IMG/VR virus record: IMGVR_UViG_3300025669_000021
Location: 1-64,000 of that record
Length of the DNA: 64,000 nt
DNA from: a virus
Direction: 5' to 3' (one strand)
Part shown: one piece after another, positions 1 through 8,903 of the stretch
Numbering within the stretch: the first letter of the stretch is position 1
How the letters are laid out: every line of letters begins with the position of its first letter
Program-made: the position numbers and the translations under genes
Notes under the pieces: generated by a model
Told to the model about the DNA's origin: nothing
Databases searched by the model: none
The model's input: the letters and a program-made list of their open reading frames with translations, nothing else

Positions 1-102
1 GTCTTTCTGTATCGTGTTTCGGTGCTCGGTCCTGTGTAAGAATTATTTTTTACTGTTCCTGTTCCCATTGACAGTGGATCAGGTGAGGAGGAGGGGTAGC
101 AA

Positions 103-825
103 ATGGCTGAATGGATCAGCTTAACAGAGTTTGCCAAGTGGCATGGGTGGTCGACCAAATGGGTTCGAACACTTGCCGGGAAAGGAATGCCCTCCCGGAA
201 GGTCAAGGCAAAGAAGGGAGGGGGAAAACCTCGCTACCAATTCAATCAAGAGGAATGCATCAAGTGGCTATCCATCAAAGGCCATGTATCGAAGGGCATG
301 AAGAATCTTGCGGATCAGAATCGTCCTACCCCGGCACCGCCCTCTGTCTCCTCTCGAAAAGATGACACCAGTGGCTTCGATATCGACAAGGATCTTGCCA
401 ACCGGCCCGGATTGCTCGGAACCTATGAGAGAGCCAAACTTGCGGAATATACCACAGCAACCTTGATCATGCAGAGGAAGAGGGATGGCGACACCGATGA
501 TGCCGAGAGATTGCAGAGACTCTACATCAAAGAAGTGTCCTTGGTGCAGAAGCTATCCGAAGCCGTGGACAAATATCAGGTGACAAGAGGGAAGCTCATC
601 GATGCCGATATCGTCCGGACTTTGTGGACACGGATCGGGACAGCCTTCCAAAACTCAGTAATGTCTATCGGGGCCGATGTTGCTCCCATTGTCCGGCAGC
701 ATATGAAGTCCCCGGATGATGTGGAAGCAGTCCGTCAAGTGATTGATGAAAAGGCAAGAGATATCCTCCTCATGTTGAGTGGAGGATTACCAGAGCAAAT
801 CGATGTTGATGCTAACGAAAATTGA
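103..825 (+). CDS. Terminase small subunit, lambda Nu1-like
   Basis: N-terminal winged-HTH-like segment (SLTEFAKWHGWSTKWVRTLAGKGMP...YQFNQEECIKWL), coiled C-terminus (RGKLIDADIV), RBS GAGGAGG, overlaps GpA-type terL. Confidence 0.8.
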   Translation: MAEWISLTEFAKWHGWSTKWVRTLAGKGMPSRKVKAKKGGGKPRYQFNQEECIKWLSIKGHVSKGMKNLADQNRPTPAPPSVSSRKDDTSGFDIDKDLANRPGLLGTYERAKLAEYTTATLIMQRKRDGDTDDAERLQRLYIKEVSLVQKLSEAVDKYQVTRGKLIDADIVRTLWTRIGTAFQNSVMSIGADVAPIVRQHMKSPDDVEAVRQVIDEKARDILLMLSGGLPEQIDVDANEN

Positions 826-2797
826 GGCAAGCCCTCTCGCTGGAATCATGGGAGCGATCCGCCCACCAGAGAAACTGGATGCAGATGAATGGGCAGAAGC
901 CAATCTCGTATTGTCTGAGCGCAATTCGATGATCGCCGGGCCACTCCGTCTGTCGGTGACACCCTATCTCCGGGGACCACTCAAATTCTTTTCTGATCCT
1001 AATGTGCGGAGAGTGTCTTTGTGTTGGGGTACGCAGTCAGGCAAGACGACCATGATCTTCTGTTGTATGGGTTACATCGTGGATTATGCGCCAGGGCCAA
1101 CCCTTATCGTTTACCCGACCATTGATATGGCGACTGCAGTGAGCAAGGATCGGTTGCAGCCCCTACTGATGGATTGCCCGGCTCTCAGGAAGCACATGAC
1201 TAAGAGCACAGATGATTTGCAATTGCTCTCTTACACACTCGATGCCATGACGGTCCGCTTCGGATGGTCGGGATCGTCGGTCAGTGTTAGGTCCCATCCC
1301 ATCAAATATCTGTTCAAAGATGAAAAGAGTGCCTTCACACCCGGAGCATCGAGGGCAGCAGACGAACGGACCAAGACTTTCTGGAACCATAAGATCGTGG
1401 AAGTGTCTACCCCGGAGAGGCAGGACGATCCGATGTGGCAGACCCTTGGCCTTGTCCCGAAGAGTGATGAGTTCCATGGGCAGGAGTTATGGCAGACCTA
1501 CAACTGGAAAACCAATGGATCAACGGCTGTTTACTTCTATGAGGTCAAATGCCCCAAATGCAAGAAGTGGATTCGCTTTGAATTTGAGGGAATCCGATGG
1601 GACAAGGATTGTGCAATCTCTGATCTGGATGGTCGGGGATGGTATGAGTGCCAGAAATGTGGAGGCACGATCACCGATGGCGACAAGTTGACGATGATCC
1701 AACCGCCAAATGCCGAATGGAGGAGTGAGAATCCTGGCGGCAAATGGGTGGCCTGTCATATGTCGAGTATCTATGCCCCATGGGATTCTTGCCGATTCGG
1801 TGCGATAGCAGCCCAATATCTGCGAGCAAAGATCACTCAAGACCCGGAAGTGATGAAGCGGTTTGTGAATGATTGGCTGGCGATGCCCTATGGCTTTGAA
1901 CAGAGTGGGCAAACTCTGGTCACAGAGAAGTCCATTGAATCGGTGATCACAGGATACCGGAGAAACCAGATCCCCGCCGATGTCAAGGTGTTGGTCTGTG
2001 GTGCAGATGTCGGTGAACACCAGACCCATTACACGATCCTCGGAGTCGGAGCAGGGTCGAATATCTATGTCATCGATTGGGGAGTGGTGTCACAACCGGC
2101 CGATTTATTTGAATTGATCAAGTCGACCACCTGGGACCATCCTGTTGGAATGAAGATCTCCATAAGTATCGGGGGCATTGACTCTCGATATCGCCGGGAA
2201 GAGATCGTGGCTCTCTGCAGAGCAAACCCGGTGATGAAGGCTGTGAGAGGAGAGGATAAGATAAAAGACCCGCAGCAGGTCGGACAGGTTCCGTGGAGGG
2301 CCACCGCCTTGGATCGGGATCATAGTGGCAAGGCCTTGCTCGGTTCCCTGGTCGGGTACAGAGTGAACACAATCTATTGGAAGCAGTTTTTGTATGGTCG
2401 GTTGCACGTGAATGTCGAGACAGGGCTGAGAGAGGATCAGGAAGCCCCCCTCCTCTTCCACCTTCCGCAAGATCGGGATGCTATCTTTGAAAGGCATATC
2501 CAATCAGAGCATGAAATCAGGGAACGTGCCAGGGGGACCGGGGAACTCAAGAGGAGATGGGCGAAGAGAGCCGGGTTCGATGCCAACCATTATCTCGATT
2601 GCCTAGTGTATGCCCTCTGTATGGGTCATGCTTTCAACCTATTCCAGTTGAGTGAGGAGAGCCCGGTGCTGCCCGGTGTGGCTCAACAGGCCGTCGATAT
2701 GGCGAAGGCAAAGGCGAAGAAAGCCCAAGAGAAGAAAAAGAAGCCGGATTCATTCGTGAGGAGGAAGGTTGACATCAAGAGACATAGGAAAAAGTGA
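779..2797 (+). CDS. Terminase large subunit, lambda GpA family
   Basis: ADEWAE...TPYLR, Walker A WGTQSGKT, Walker B YLFKDE, VSTP, CPKC/CQKC zinc motif, nuclease GADVG and NHYLDCLVYA; true start may be ~20-30 nt downstream. Confidence 0.93.
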   Translation: MEDYQSKSMLMLTKIEASPLAGIMGAIRPPEKLDADEWAEANLVLSERNSMIAGPLRLSVTPYLRGPLKFFSDPNVRRVSLCWGTQSGKTTMIFCCMGYIVDYAPGPTLIVYPTIDMATAVSKDRLQPLLMDCPALRKHMTKSTDDLQLLSYTLDAMTVRFGWSGSSVSVRSHPIKYLFKDEKSAFTPGASRAADERTKTFWNHKIVEVSTPERQDDPMWQTLGLVPKSDEFHGQELWQTYNWKTNGSTAVYFYEVKCPKCKKWIRFEFEGIRWDKDCAISDLDGRGWYECQKCGGTITDGDKLTMIQPPNAEWRSENPGGKWVACHMSSIYAPWDSCRFGAIAAQYLRAKITQDPEVMKRFVNDWLAMPYGFEQSGQTLVTEKSIESVITGYRRNQIPADVKVLVCGADVGEHQTHYTILGVGAGSNIYVIDWGVVSQPADLFELIKSTTWDHPVGMKISISIGGIDSRYRREEIVALCRANPVMKAVRGEDKIKDPQQVGQVPWRATALDRDHSGKALLGSLVGYRVNTIYWKQFLYGRLHVNVETGLREDQEAPLLFHLPQDRDAIFERHIQSEHEIRERARGTGELKRRWAKRAGFDANHYLDCLVYALCMGHAFNLFQLSEESPVLPGVAQQAVDMAKAKAKKAQEKKKKPDSFVRRKVDIKRHRKK

Positions 2798-2814
2798 TTT
2801 CCTCAAGGGCATAC

Positions 2815-2869
2815 AGGTCGCATGGAGGTCGCAGCTATGCCGCATGGAGGTCGCATGGAGGTCGCAGCC
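2815..2869 (+). repeat. Five tandem 11-bp units, consensus AGGTCGCATGG
   Basis: AGGTCGCATGG (2815), AGGTCGCAGCT (2826), ATGCCGCATGG (2837), AGGTCGCATGG (2848), AGGTCGCAGCC (2859). Confidence 0.9.
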
Positions 2870-3015
2870 ACCAGAGCCAGCAGGGGCCAGTGGGGTGGGC
2901 ATGATTTGGCAACAGTTCAATGTTTGCAGGGTGTTTTGTCGGTGAAGGCTTAAGGGGTGGCTTGGCCCTTGGCTTAAGGTAGAAAAGAATAAGAGAAAAG
3001 AAAGAGAGTGTTGGC

Positions 3016-3786
3016 ATGGCCATTAAGAAGAAAGTAACGAAGAAAAAGACCACAAAGAAGAAAGCAACCGCCAAGAAGTCGAGGGTGAAAAAGAAGGGGA
3101 ATCCCCCGGGAAATGTCATACCACAGGCCAGTGGCATTGATGTATTCTGCTCATTCCATGAGATCAGAGACATCGCAGATGTGATGCCCAACCCCAGGAA
3201 CCCGAATAGGCATCCTGATAAACAGATTGCTCTGTTGGCAAAGATCATCCGGGATCAGGGATGGAGGAACCCCATAGTGATCAGCAGTCGCTCGGGAATG
3301 ATCGTCAAGGGCCATGGCCGTCTGGAAGCGGCAAAGATGCTCAATGTCGAGAAGGTGCCGGTGGATCTCCAAGCATATGCCAGTGAGGAGGAAGAGTACG
3401 CAGACATGATTGCTGATAATCGGATCGCAGAATTGGCCGAGCTTGATACCTCGATGCTGAAAGATCTGTTTGAAGTCATGGACACCGGGACACTGGATCT
3501 CGATCTGACAGGATACTTCACCGAGGAGATCGAGGAGATGATGACGGAGAACCGTCATATCGAGGACAAGCCGGAAGTCGAATTCACTCAAGAACTCATG
3601 GAGTGCCAGCAATACGTTGTCTTGGTGTTCAATAACGATATCGATTGGCTACAGGCACAAACGATATTCGGACTCAAGACCGTGAAGGCTCTTTCCTCCC
3701 GCCCAGGTTATGAGAAGCAGGGGATCGGGAGAGTCCTTGATGGAGCGAAGGCCATCAATGCTATCGCCAATGGAGGAGAGGGATGA
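3016..3786 (+). CDS. ParB/Srx-like domain protein
   Basis: PNPRNPNRH, GWRNPIVI, IVKGHGRLEAA, IADNRIAELAE; Lys-rich N-terminus. Confidence 0.88.
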   Translation: MAIKKKVTKKKTTKKKATAKKSRVKKKGNPPGNVIPQASGIDVFCSFHEIRDIADVMPNPRNPNRHPDKQIALLAKIIRDQGWRNPIVISSRSGMIVKGHGRLEAAKMLNVEKVPVDLQAYASEEEEYADMIADNRIAELAELDTSMLKDLFEVMDTGTLDLDLTGYFTEEIEEMMTENRHIEDKPEVEFTQELMECQQYVVLVFNNDIDWLQAQTIFGLKTVKALSSRPGYEKQGIGRVLDGAKAINAIANGGEG

Positions 3787-4556
3787 AGATCTCCATCAAT
3801 GTGCCAACCTATAAGAGAGCAGGAATGGTCGATACCTTTGGGCTATTACCATCTGCGAATTATTGGGTGCATAAATTTGAAGAGAAGGAGTATCGGAAAG
3901 CTCATCCCAAGATGCAGATCCTGGTCTTGCCGGATAAGATCAGAGGAAACATTGCGAAGGTGAGAAATCATATCATGCTCGCAGAGTTGGCAAAGGGTCT
4001 GGATGCCATGCTGATGGTCGATGATGATATGTCCCACGTGGGATATTGGGAAGCTAGAGAGCGTAAGAGATTCGCCGGAGAAAAAGAGATCCAGGCCTTC
4101 ATCGAAAGAGGGACACGATTGGCAAAGGATTGGGGGGTGTTTTTGTGGGGGATCAATGTGAATCCAGATCCACAATGTTATCGAGAGTACACACCCTTTT
4201 CCACGTTGTCATATGTCTCTGCATCGTTCTCATGTTTCCTCAAAGGGAATGAGTTGATCTACGATGAAAGATTCAGCTTGAAGGAAGACTATGACATGAC
4301 CCTTCAACAGTTGAATGTGCATCGCCATATTCTGAGGTTCAACAAATTCTTTTATGAGAAGAAGGGAGCCGAACAACAGGGAGGGTGTGCAACATATCGG
4401 AATGTCGAGAAGGAGTTAGGACAGATCAAGATGTTGCAGAAGAAGTGGGGAGACAAATTCGTGAAGATCGACAGGAATGAACGAAGCCACTCATCGACCC
4501 AAGAAAAGACATTTGATATCAACCCGGTGATCACCGTACCAATCGCAGGAGTGTAA
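3783..4556 (+). CDS. GREB1-like / TET-associated (TAGT) GT-A glycosyltransferase
   Basis: INVPTYKRA, GNIAKVRN, MVDDD, LKEDYDMTLQ, GGC motif; ATGA-coupled to ParB gene. Confidence 0.8.
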   Translation: MKISINVPTYKRAGMVDTFGLLPSANYWVHKFEEKEYRKAHPKMQILVLPDKIRGNIAKVRNHIMLAELAKGLDAMLMVDDDMSHVGYWEARERKRFAGEKEIQAFIERGTRLAKDWGVFLWGINVNPDPQCYREYTPFSTLSYVSASFSCFLKGNELIYDERFSLKEDYDMTLQQLNVHRHILRFNKFFYEKKGAEQQGGCATYRNVEKELGQIKMLQKKWGDKFVKIDRNERSHSSTQEKTFDINPVITVPIAGV

Positions 4557-5035
4557 TGGCTAGAGGATCAAGATGGACAGCAGAACAGCTTGGGGATTAT
4601 CGGAAAGACAAAACCCGAAAGAAGTTCAAGAAGGAAGCCAAGAAACAGAAATACAATTCTGTTGCCTGTGAAGGTGGACTCTTTCCTGAGATCATGGGGA
4701 GATCATTTCCGTCGAAGCTAGAGAGAGATGTTGCAACAGGATTATGCGCCCGGCTTCATGCCGGGGAGATCAGTGATCTCCGCTTCCAGGTGTCGATAGA
4801 TCTGACAACCGCGATACCAATTCCATGGTGTGTTGATTTCACATATGAAGAGGATGGAGTTACATGGGCGCATGAAGCCAAAGGAATTGAAACTGCACGA
4901 TATCGATTGATCAAAAAACTCTATGCAGCCTACGGTCCGCACCCTCTGAGGATCTCCGTGAGGGCAGGTCGGGGAGGATTGAAGGAAAGCACCATCATTC
5001 CAAATTTCGAGAAATATGCCTCTCGATCTGTCTGA
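4556..5035 (+). CDS. DUF1064-like PD-(D/E)XK endonuclease
   Basis: KYNS...FPSKLE...EISDLRFQV...VDFTY...EAKG. Confidence 0.7.
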   Translation: MARGSRWTAEQLGDYRKDKTRKKFKKEAKKQKYNSVACEGGLFPEIMGRSFPSKLERDVATGLCARLHAGEISDLRFQVSIDLTTAIPIPWCVDFTYEEDGVTWAHEAKGIETARYRLIKKLYAAYGPHPLRISVRAGRGGLKESTIIPNFEKYASRSV

Positions 5036-5129
5036 TCTCTGAAAAAAGTTCCATTTATTTTCACATCGATCTCGATCAGTCCGGCAAGCATATCAATTCT
5101 GTACCACGATCCCACTCACTATAGCCGGT

Positions 5130-5157
5130 TTGACATAGTATCATTAGCCGATATTAT
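5130..5157 (+). promoter_or_regulatory. sigma70-type promoter
   Basis: TTGACA (5130-5135), 16 bp, TATTAT (5152-5157), at the head of the early gene block. Confidence 0.65.
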
Positions 5158-5190
5158 GTGGGCCATGTTCAAGATAACAAATAGTGAAAG

Positions 5191-5434
5191 AGGGACACCG
5201 GGCGCAGCTATGGTTCGCCACCATTACAAGAGTGATTATACCCCAGTGAAGTAACGAAGTCGCAAGACTCCGTGGGTACACCAAAGAATGATGGAGAGAG
5301 TGAGAGGGACAAACCGCAAAACCTGCGGGGCGGCGACCCGGCTCTCCGAACCAAGATCCATCATGTGAGTCTGTGAAGAACACCCGCAAGTCGTGGGATG
5401 TTAAGACGAGGGATTAAGCGAAAACACTGTCCCT
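5191..5434 (+). ncRNA. Putative structured RNA / 5' leader
   Basis: ORF-free; AGGGACA(5191)/TGTCCCT(5428), ACGAAGTC-GCAA-GACTCCGT, TACCC/GGGTA, ATGATGGA(5288)/TCCATCAT(5357), CCGCA/TGCGG. Confidence 0.55.
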
Positions 5435-5499
5435 GAGAATCTTCTACCAATTTCTAATTCAAGACTAACCAATCGAAACGAAACCAACCGGAGAGAGAT

Positions 5500-5682
5500 A
5501 TGATCAAAGTACGAATCCGCAAGAATGAGTTTGGCGAGTATGAAGTTCGAACAGTGAGAAATTTGAAAGTGAGAGAGGAAGAAACCTATTACACGGATGA
5601 TCTGGATGATGCCAAGGAAACGAAGAAGGCCATCGAGAGAACAATCGCAGCCCAGGCGAAAATGGAAAAGGTGACAGCATGA
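5500..5682 (+). CDS. Hypothetical early protein
   Basis: RBS GGAGAG, first gene after leader, ATGA-coupled to next. Confidence 0.7.
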   Translation: MIKVRIRKNEFGEYEVRTVRNLKVREEETYYTDDLDDAKETKKAIERTIAAQAKMEKVTA

Positions 5683-5948
5683 CGAAAGCAGCAATAACTC
5701 GTAAGATTAACGAAGCTCTATGTGGGATAGTGACAGTCAGGAGAAGGGGAGATAAGTACATCGGGAAAAGGGGTTATTTCTATCGGCATGGAATGGACAC
5801 CACGAAGTTAGAGGTTGCAATTACTGATAAGCTGAAAGCGATAGGGTTCACAGTGATCATCACGGAGTCGAGTGACAACTGGAATGCCTGGCCTAAGGAT
5901 AGTTTTTTCAAGGTCGAGTTCTCGGTAGTGGAAGGAGATGCGGTCTGA
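5679..5948 (+). CDS. Hypothetical early protein
   Basis: ATGA overlap, operon context. Confidence 0.7.
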   Translation: MTKAAITRKINEALCGIVTVRRRGDKYIGKRGYFYRHGMDTTKLEVAITDKLKAIGFTVIITESSDNWNAWPKDSFFKVEFSVVEGDAV

Positions 5949-5987
5949 TCATCAAGAAACCAACTTCGGAAGAGTTGAAGAAATCAA

Positions 5988-6197
5988 GTGCGTGGAAAAT
6001 TGGAGAAGGCAATGAACGAAACAGAGATCAGAGATATGTTGCAAGAGGCAATCCAAACTTATGAAGAAGAGGGATACCTTGACAAGAGAATTGATGTGGA
6101 CACATTTGAAGAGCATGGCGTGATGACCAATAACAAAGGTCTGGTGCTGAGAGTCGGGGAAAAGGAGTTCCAGATAACCATCGTGCAGAGTCGATGA
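5988..6197 (+). CDS. Hypothetical phage protein
   Basis: TFEEHGVMTNNKGLVLR...EFQITIVQSR; likely start at ATG 6012. Confidence 0.65.
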   Translation: MRGKLEKAMNETEIRDMLQEAIQTYEEEGYLDKRIDVDTFEEHGVMTNNKGLVLRVGEKEFQITIVQSR

Positions 6198-7399
6198 ATA
6201 CATCGAAAGTAATGGCAGCGATGAATGGGAATGCTGCGAAGAAGATGCAGGCACTCGTCTACCAAGCAATAGTAGGAAACACGACAGGACAAGGGGGAAT
6301 CCCCTTGGCTCAGATAGATCCCAAAAAAGGAATCAAAACAATGACAAATGGCAAAGTAATGTTCGCAGCAATCGATCAGCTAAAGAGAATATTCGCACTC
6401 AACTGGATGGCCTGGATACCAACCTGCGTTGTCGGATCAGTAGGAACCGGAAAGACTAGCGAGGCAGAGGAGTTCATAAAGGAACTGGATGGCAATAGTG
6501 AAGAGACTTATCACCAGTGGAAGATTCTACCATCGGTGATGGAGCCAAGTGACTTCGGTGTGCCGTACCCGCAGGACGGCAAGCTGGCTCATCTGGCCCC
6601 GACCTTCTTGCCATTCAATTGTCAAGACAAAGGTGTGATGATCGTGGACGAATTTGATCGAGCGAAGCCGGATGTGCAAAACACATTCCTGCAGATTCTT
6701 CTCGGCGGGAATATCCACGGGAATGTGATCAGTCCGAATGCCTACACGATTATGACGATGAATGGGGCAAGCGATATGTATACCACCCCGTTGTCTGAGG
6801 CCGCAAGGACTCGGGTGTGCAGCATCTTTGTATCAACCCATGCAACAGGCAATCTGGATGGATGGGATGAATGGGCGGAGAATAATGAGATCAATACTGC
6901 AACACGGGGATTCGTAAAGTTCCGCCCGGAGTTGCTAGAAGCCAAAGAGGATTTTGAAGAGTTGGCACTTCCTAATCCCCGCACGATAGCCATGGCGAGC
7001 AAGATCATGGATGCCGCCGATGAAGCCAGCTTCCGAACAGATGATATCTTGCCATTGTGTTTGGCGGGTGTGGTCGGGAAGGCTGTAGCAATCGAGATGA
7101 TGGCATACAAAGAGATGGTGGACAAATGCCCGGATGTCGATGACATCATCGCTAACCCAGAGAAAGCGCAGATGCCAACAGATCAGTCGGTTCTCTATGC
7201 AATCGGTTTGGCCCTAGTGTCTAAGGTGAGTGGGGATGAAGATCAGGAGACAGCGAAAGCGGTTGTGCAGTATGCCGCGAGGATGCCGGAAGAGTTCACC
7301 GCATTCGTATTGAGGAAGCTCGGCGGGAAGTGTCCCAGAATCCACACAACGAAGGATTACATGAAATGGGCGGAAGAACACAAGATGATCATCATGTGA
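6194..7399 (+). CDS. MoxR-like AAA+ ATPase
   Basis: Walker A GSVGTGKT, Walker B MIVDEFDRA, PNPRT; likely true start 6341 (RBS AAAGGA). Confidence 0.88.
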   Translation: MNTSKVMAAMNGNAAKKMQALVYQAIVGNTTGQGGIPLAQIDPKKGIKTMTNGKVMFAAIDQLKRIFALNWMAWIPTCVVGSVGTGKTSEAEEFIKELDGNSEETYHQWKILPSVMEPSDFGVPYPQDGKLAHLAPTFLPFNCQDKGVMIVDEFDRAKPDVQNTFLQILLGGNIHGNVISPNAYTIMTMNGASDMYTTPLSEAARTRVCSIFVSTHATGNLDGWDEWAENNEINTATRGFVKFRPELLEAKEDFEELALPNPRTIAMASKIMDAADEASFRTDDILPLCLAGVVGKAVAIEMMAYKEMVDKCPDVDDIIANPEKAQMPTDQSVLYAIGLALVSKVSGDEDQETAKAVVQYAARMPEEFTAFVLRKLGGKCPRIHTTKDYMKWAEEHKMIIM

Positions 7400-7635
7400 T
7401 GGAGCAGCCTCCGAAGGGAGCAGTCTGCAGAGAGTGTCAGAGCTATGACAGCCGGGGGTTTGATCCCTCTTGCTGTCATAGGGAGATGCCGAATAGCCGA
7501 TATCATTATGGATCAACACCAGCATGTGAGAAGTTTGCAGAAATGGAGGATGATCCGTTGGTGCTGGCTGTCATGGCGGGATTAAGGGAGAAGCGATGTT
7601 TTCTATCACCCCAATGCTCAAATCAAGAATCATAG
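7399..7635 (+). CDS. Small Cys-rich protein, paralog 1 (GAxCxEC...ACxxF-x5-DPLxLA)
   Basis: TGATG overlap with ATPase stop; PKGAVCREC...ACEKFAEMEDDPLVLA. Confidence 0.7.
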   Translation: MEQPPKGAVCRECQSYDSRGFDPSCCHREMPNSRYHYGSTPACEKFAEMEDDPLVLAVMAGLREKRCFLSPQCSNQES

Positions 7636-7692
7636 TCCTCGGTCCTGCTGGCCGAAGAGATCGAACCCAATACGAAAAGAAGGAAGAGAACA

Positions 7693-8649
7693 ATGACAAC
7701 CGATATATCGTTAATCAAAGACATGGTGCTGATCAAGGTAACGGTGAGAGCCTATCTCGGAACCGTGCGGAGCGACAAGGCCGCTAGGGATGCAGAGAAC
7801 ACATCTGGTGCAGAGATGGGATCAGTGGATGCCAGTGTGAAGAATCTGGCAGAGGAGTATGCAGGTCCCATCCGTCATGCCCGTAGTGTCATCCGTAAAT
7901 TCTGGTACGAGAACACGCTACCGTGGCTCGATGGTGGTTACAGGATTGTTCCTGCATCGGAATATCAGAAGTTGATGGATGGCATCGCAAAGTTGGTGTC
8001 GAGTGTATGGGAGAGGCCGGTGCAGAAGTTGCTCGATAACTATGATCAGGTGAGAGTCGATGCACAAGCCCGGCTCGGTGGTCTGTTTGACGAGCAGAGA
8101 TTTCCTAATAGGGAGAATCTTGCCGACAAGTTCGATGTCGATGTTTTCCGATCATCGGTACAGAACCCCGGAGATATCCGCATCAATGGTTTGATGGGTG
8201 ATGCCATAGAGGAGATCCAGAAGGAAGTAAGCGACAAATATGCAGTCCAGATCAAGGGTGCAGTGGATCAAGTCGTGGATACGATCAGAGCGACCATGAT
8301 ATCGGTTGCAGAGAGAATGGATCGCCCAGGCAAGGGAGCCAAGTACAAGGGCTTATGGGGAACCGTGCAGAGGTTAGTCGACACCCTACCCGCATTGAAC
8401 ATCACGGGCAATGAAGAGATCAGCAAGGCGATTGATGGTATGAGAGAAGAGATCGCCGGGGTGGATCTGACGGAGATCAGGGAGAAGACAGCCACAAGGG
8501 AGCAGGTCAAGAGCGCAGCATTGAGGATAGAGAAAGGCCTTACTGCATCGGGCAAACCGTCTGTGGCTGAGACTGCAATCACGAAAAGCGGGATCGGTGT
8601 GACTGTCGGACAGACAACAAGCGGCGACCTGGGAAATATGTTCAAGTGA
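7693..8649 (+). CDS. DUF3150-like protein
   Basis: YENTLPWLDGGYRIVP, ARLGGLF..FP, LPALNITG; lies between MoxR and vWA genes. Confidence 0.7.
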   Translation: MTTDISLIKDMVLIKVTVRAYLGTVRSDKAARDAENTSGAEMGSVDASVKNLAEEYAGPIRHARSVIRKFWYENTLPWLDGGYRIVPASEYQKLMDGIAKLVSSVWERPVQKLLDNYDQVRVDAQARLGGLFDEQRFPNRENLADKFDVDVFRSSVQNPGDIRINGLMGDAIEEIQKEVSDKYAVQIKGAVDQVVDTIRATMISVAERMDRPGKGAKYKGLWGTVQRLVDTLPALNITGNEEISKAIDGMREEIAGVDLTEIREKTATREQVKSAALRIEKGLTASGKPSVAETAITKSGIGVTVGQTTSGDLGNMFK

Positions 8650-8903
8650 TGTCATGGCAATGGAATGGGGCATACTGTGGAGAATGTTATTTCCTGAGCA
8701 TTATGCGTAACAAGTGCATGCACTATTCTCAATGTGGTCAAAAGAATGGTGTGATGGATTCGGCATGCATAAAGTTCCGAGAAGAGGAAACAGATCCATT
8801 GAAGTTGGCGATCCTGTCGGCAGAACGAAATCGGAGAATACGAAATGAAGAAATTGACACCAGAGTTGAAAATCAAAAAGGCCTTGATCGCATTAATGCG
8901 TGA
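8649..8903 (+). CDS. Small Cys-rich protein, paralog 2
   Basis: TGATG overlap; NGAYCGEC...ACIKFREEETDPLKLAILSAER. Confidence 0.7.
   Translation: MSWQWNGAYCGECYFLSIMRNKCMHYSQCGQKNGVMDSACIKFREEETDPLKLAILSAERNRRIRNEEIDTRVENQKGLDRINA

Noticed and set aside
5191-5223. tRNA-like fragment (GGTTCG...CCACCA)
   Set aside because: No cloverleaf with correct arm spacing
6281-6308. ACGACAGGACAAGGGGGAAT resembling the array repeat
   Set aside because: Lacks the GATTCACC arm and GTGAAT end; better explained as a local CAAGGGG/CCCCTTG hairpin
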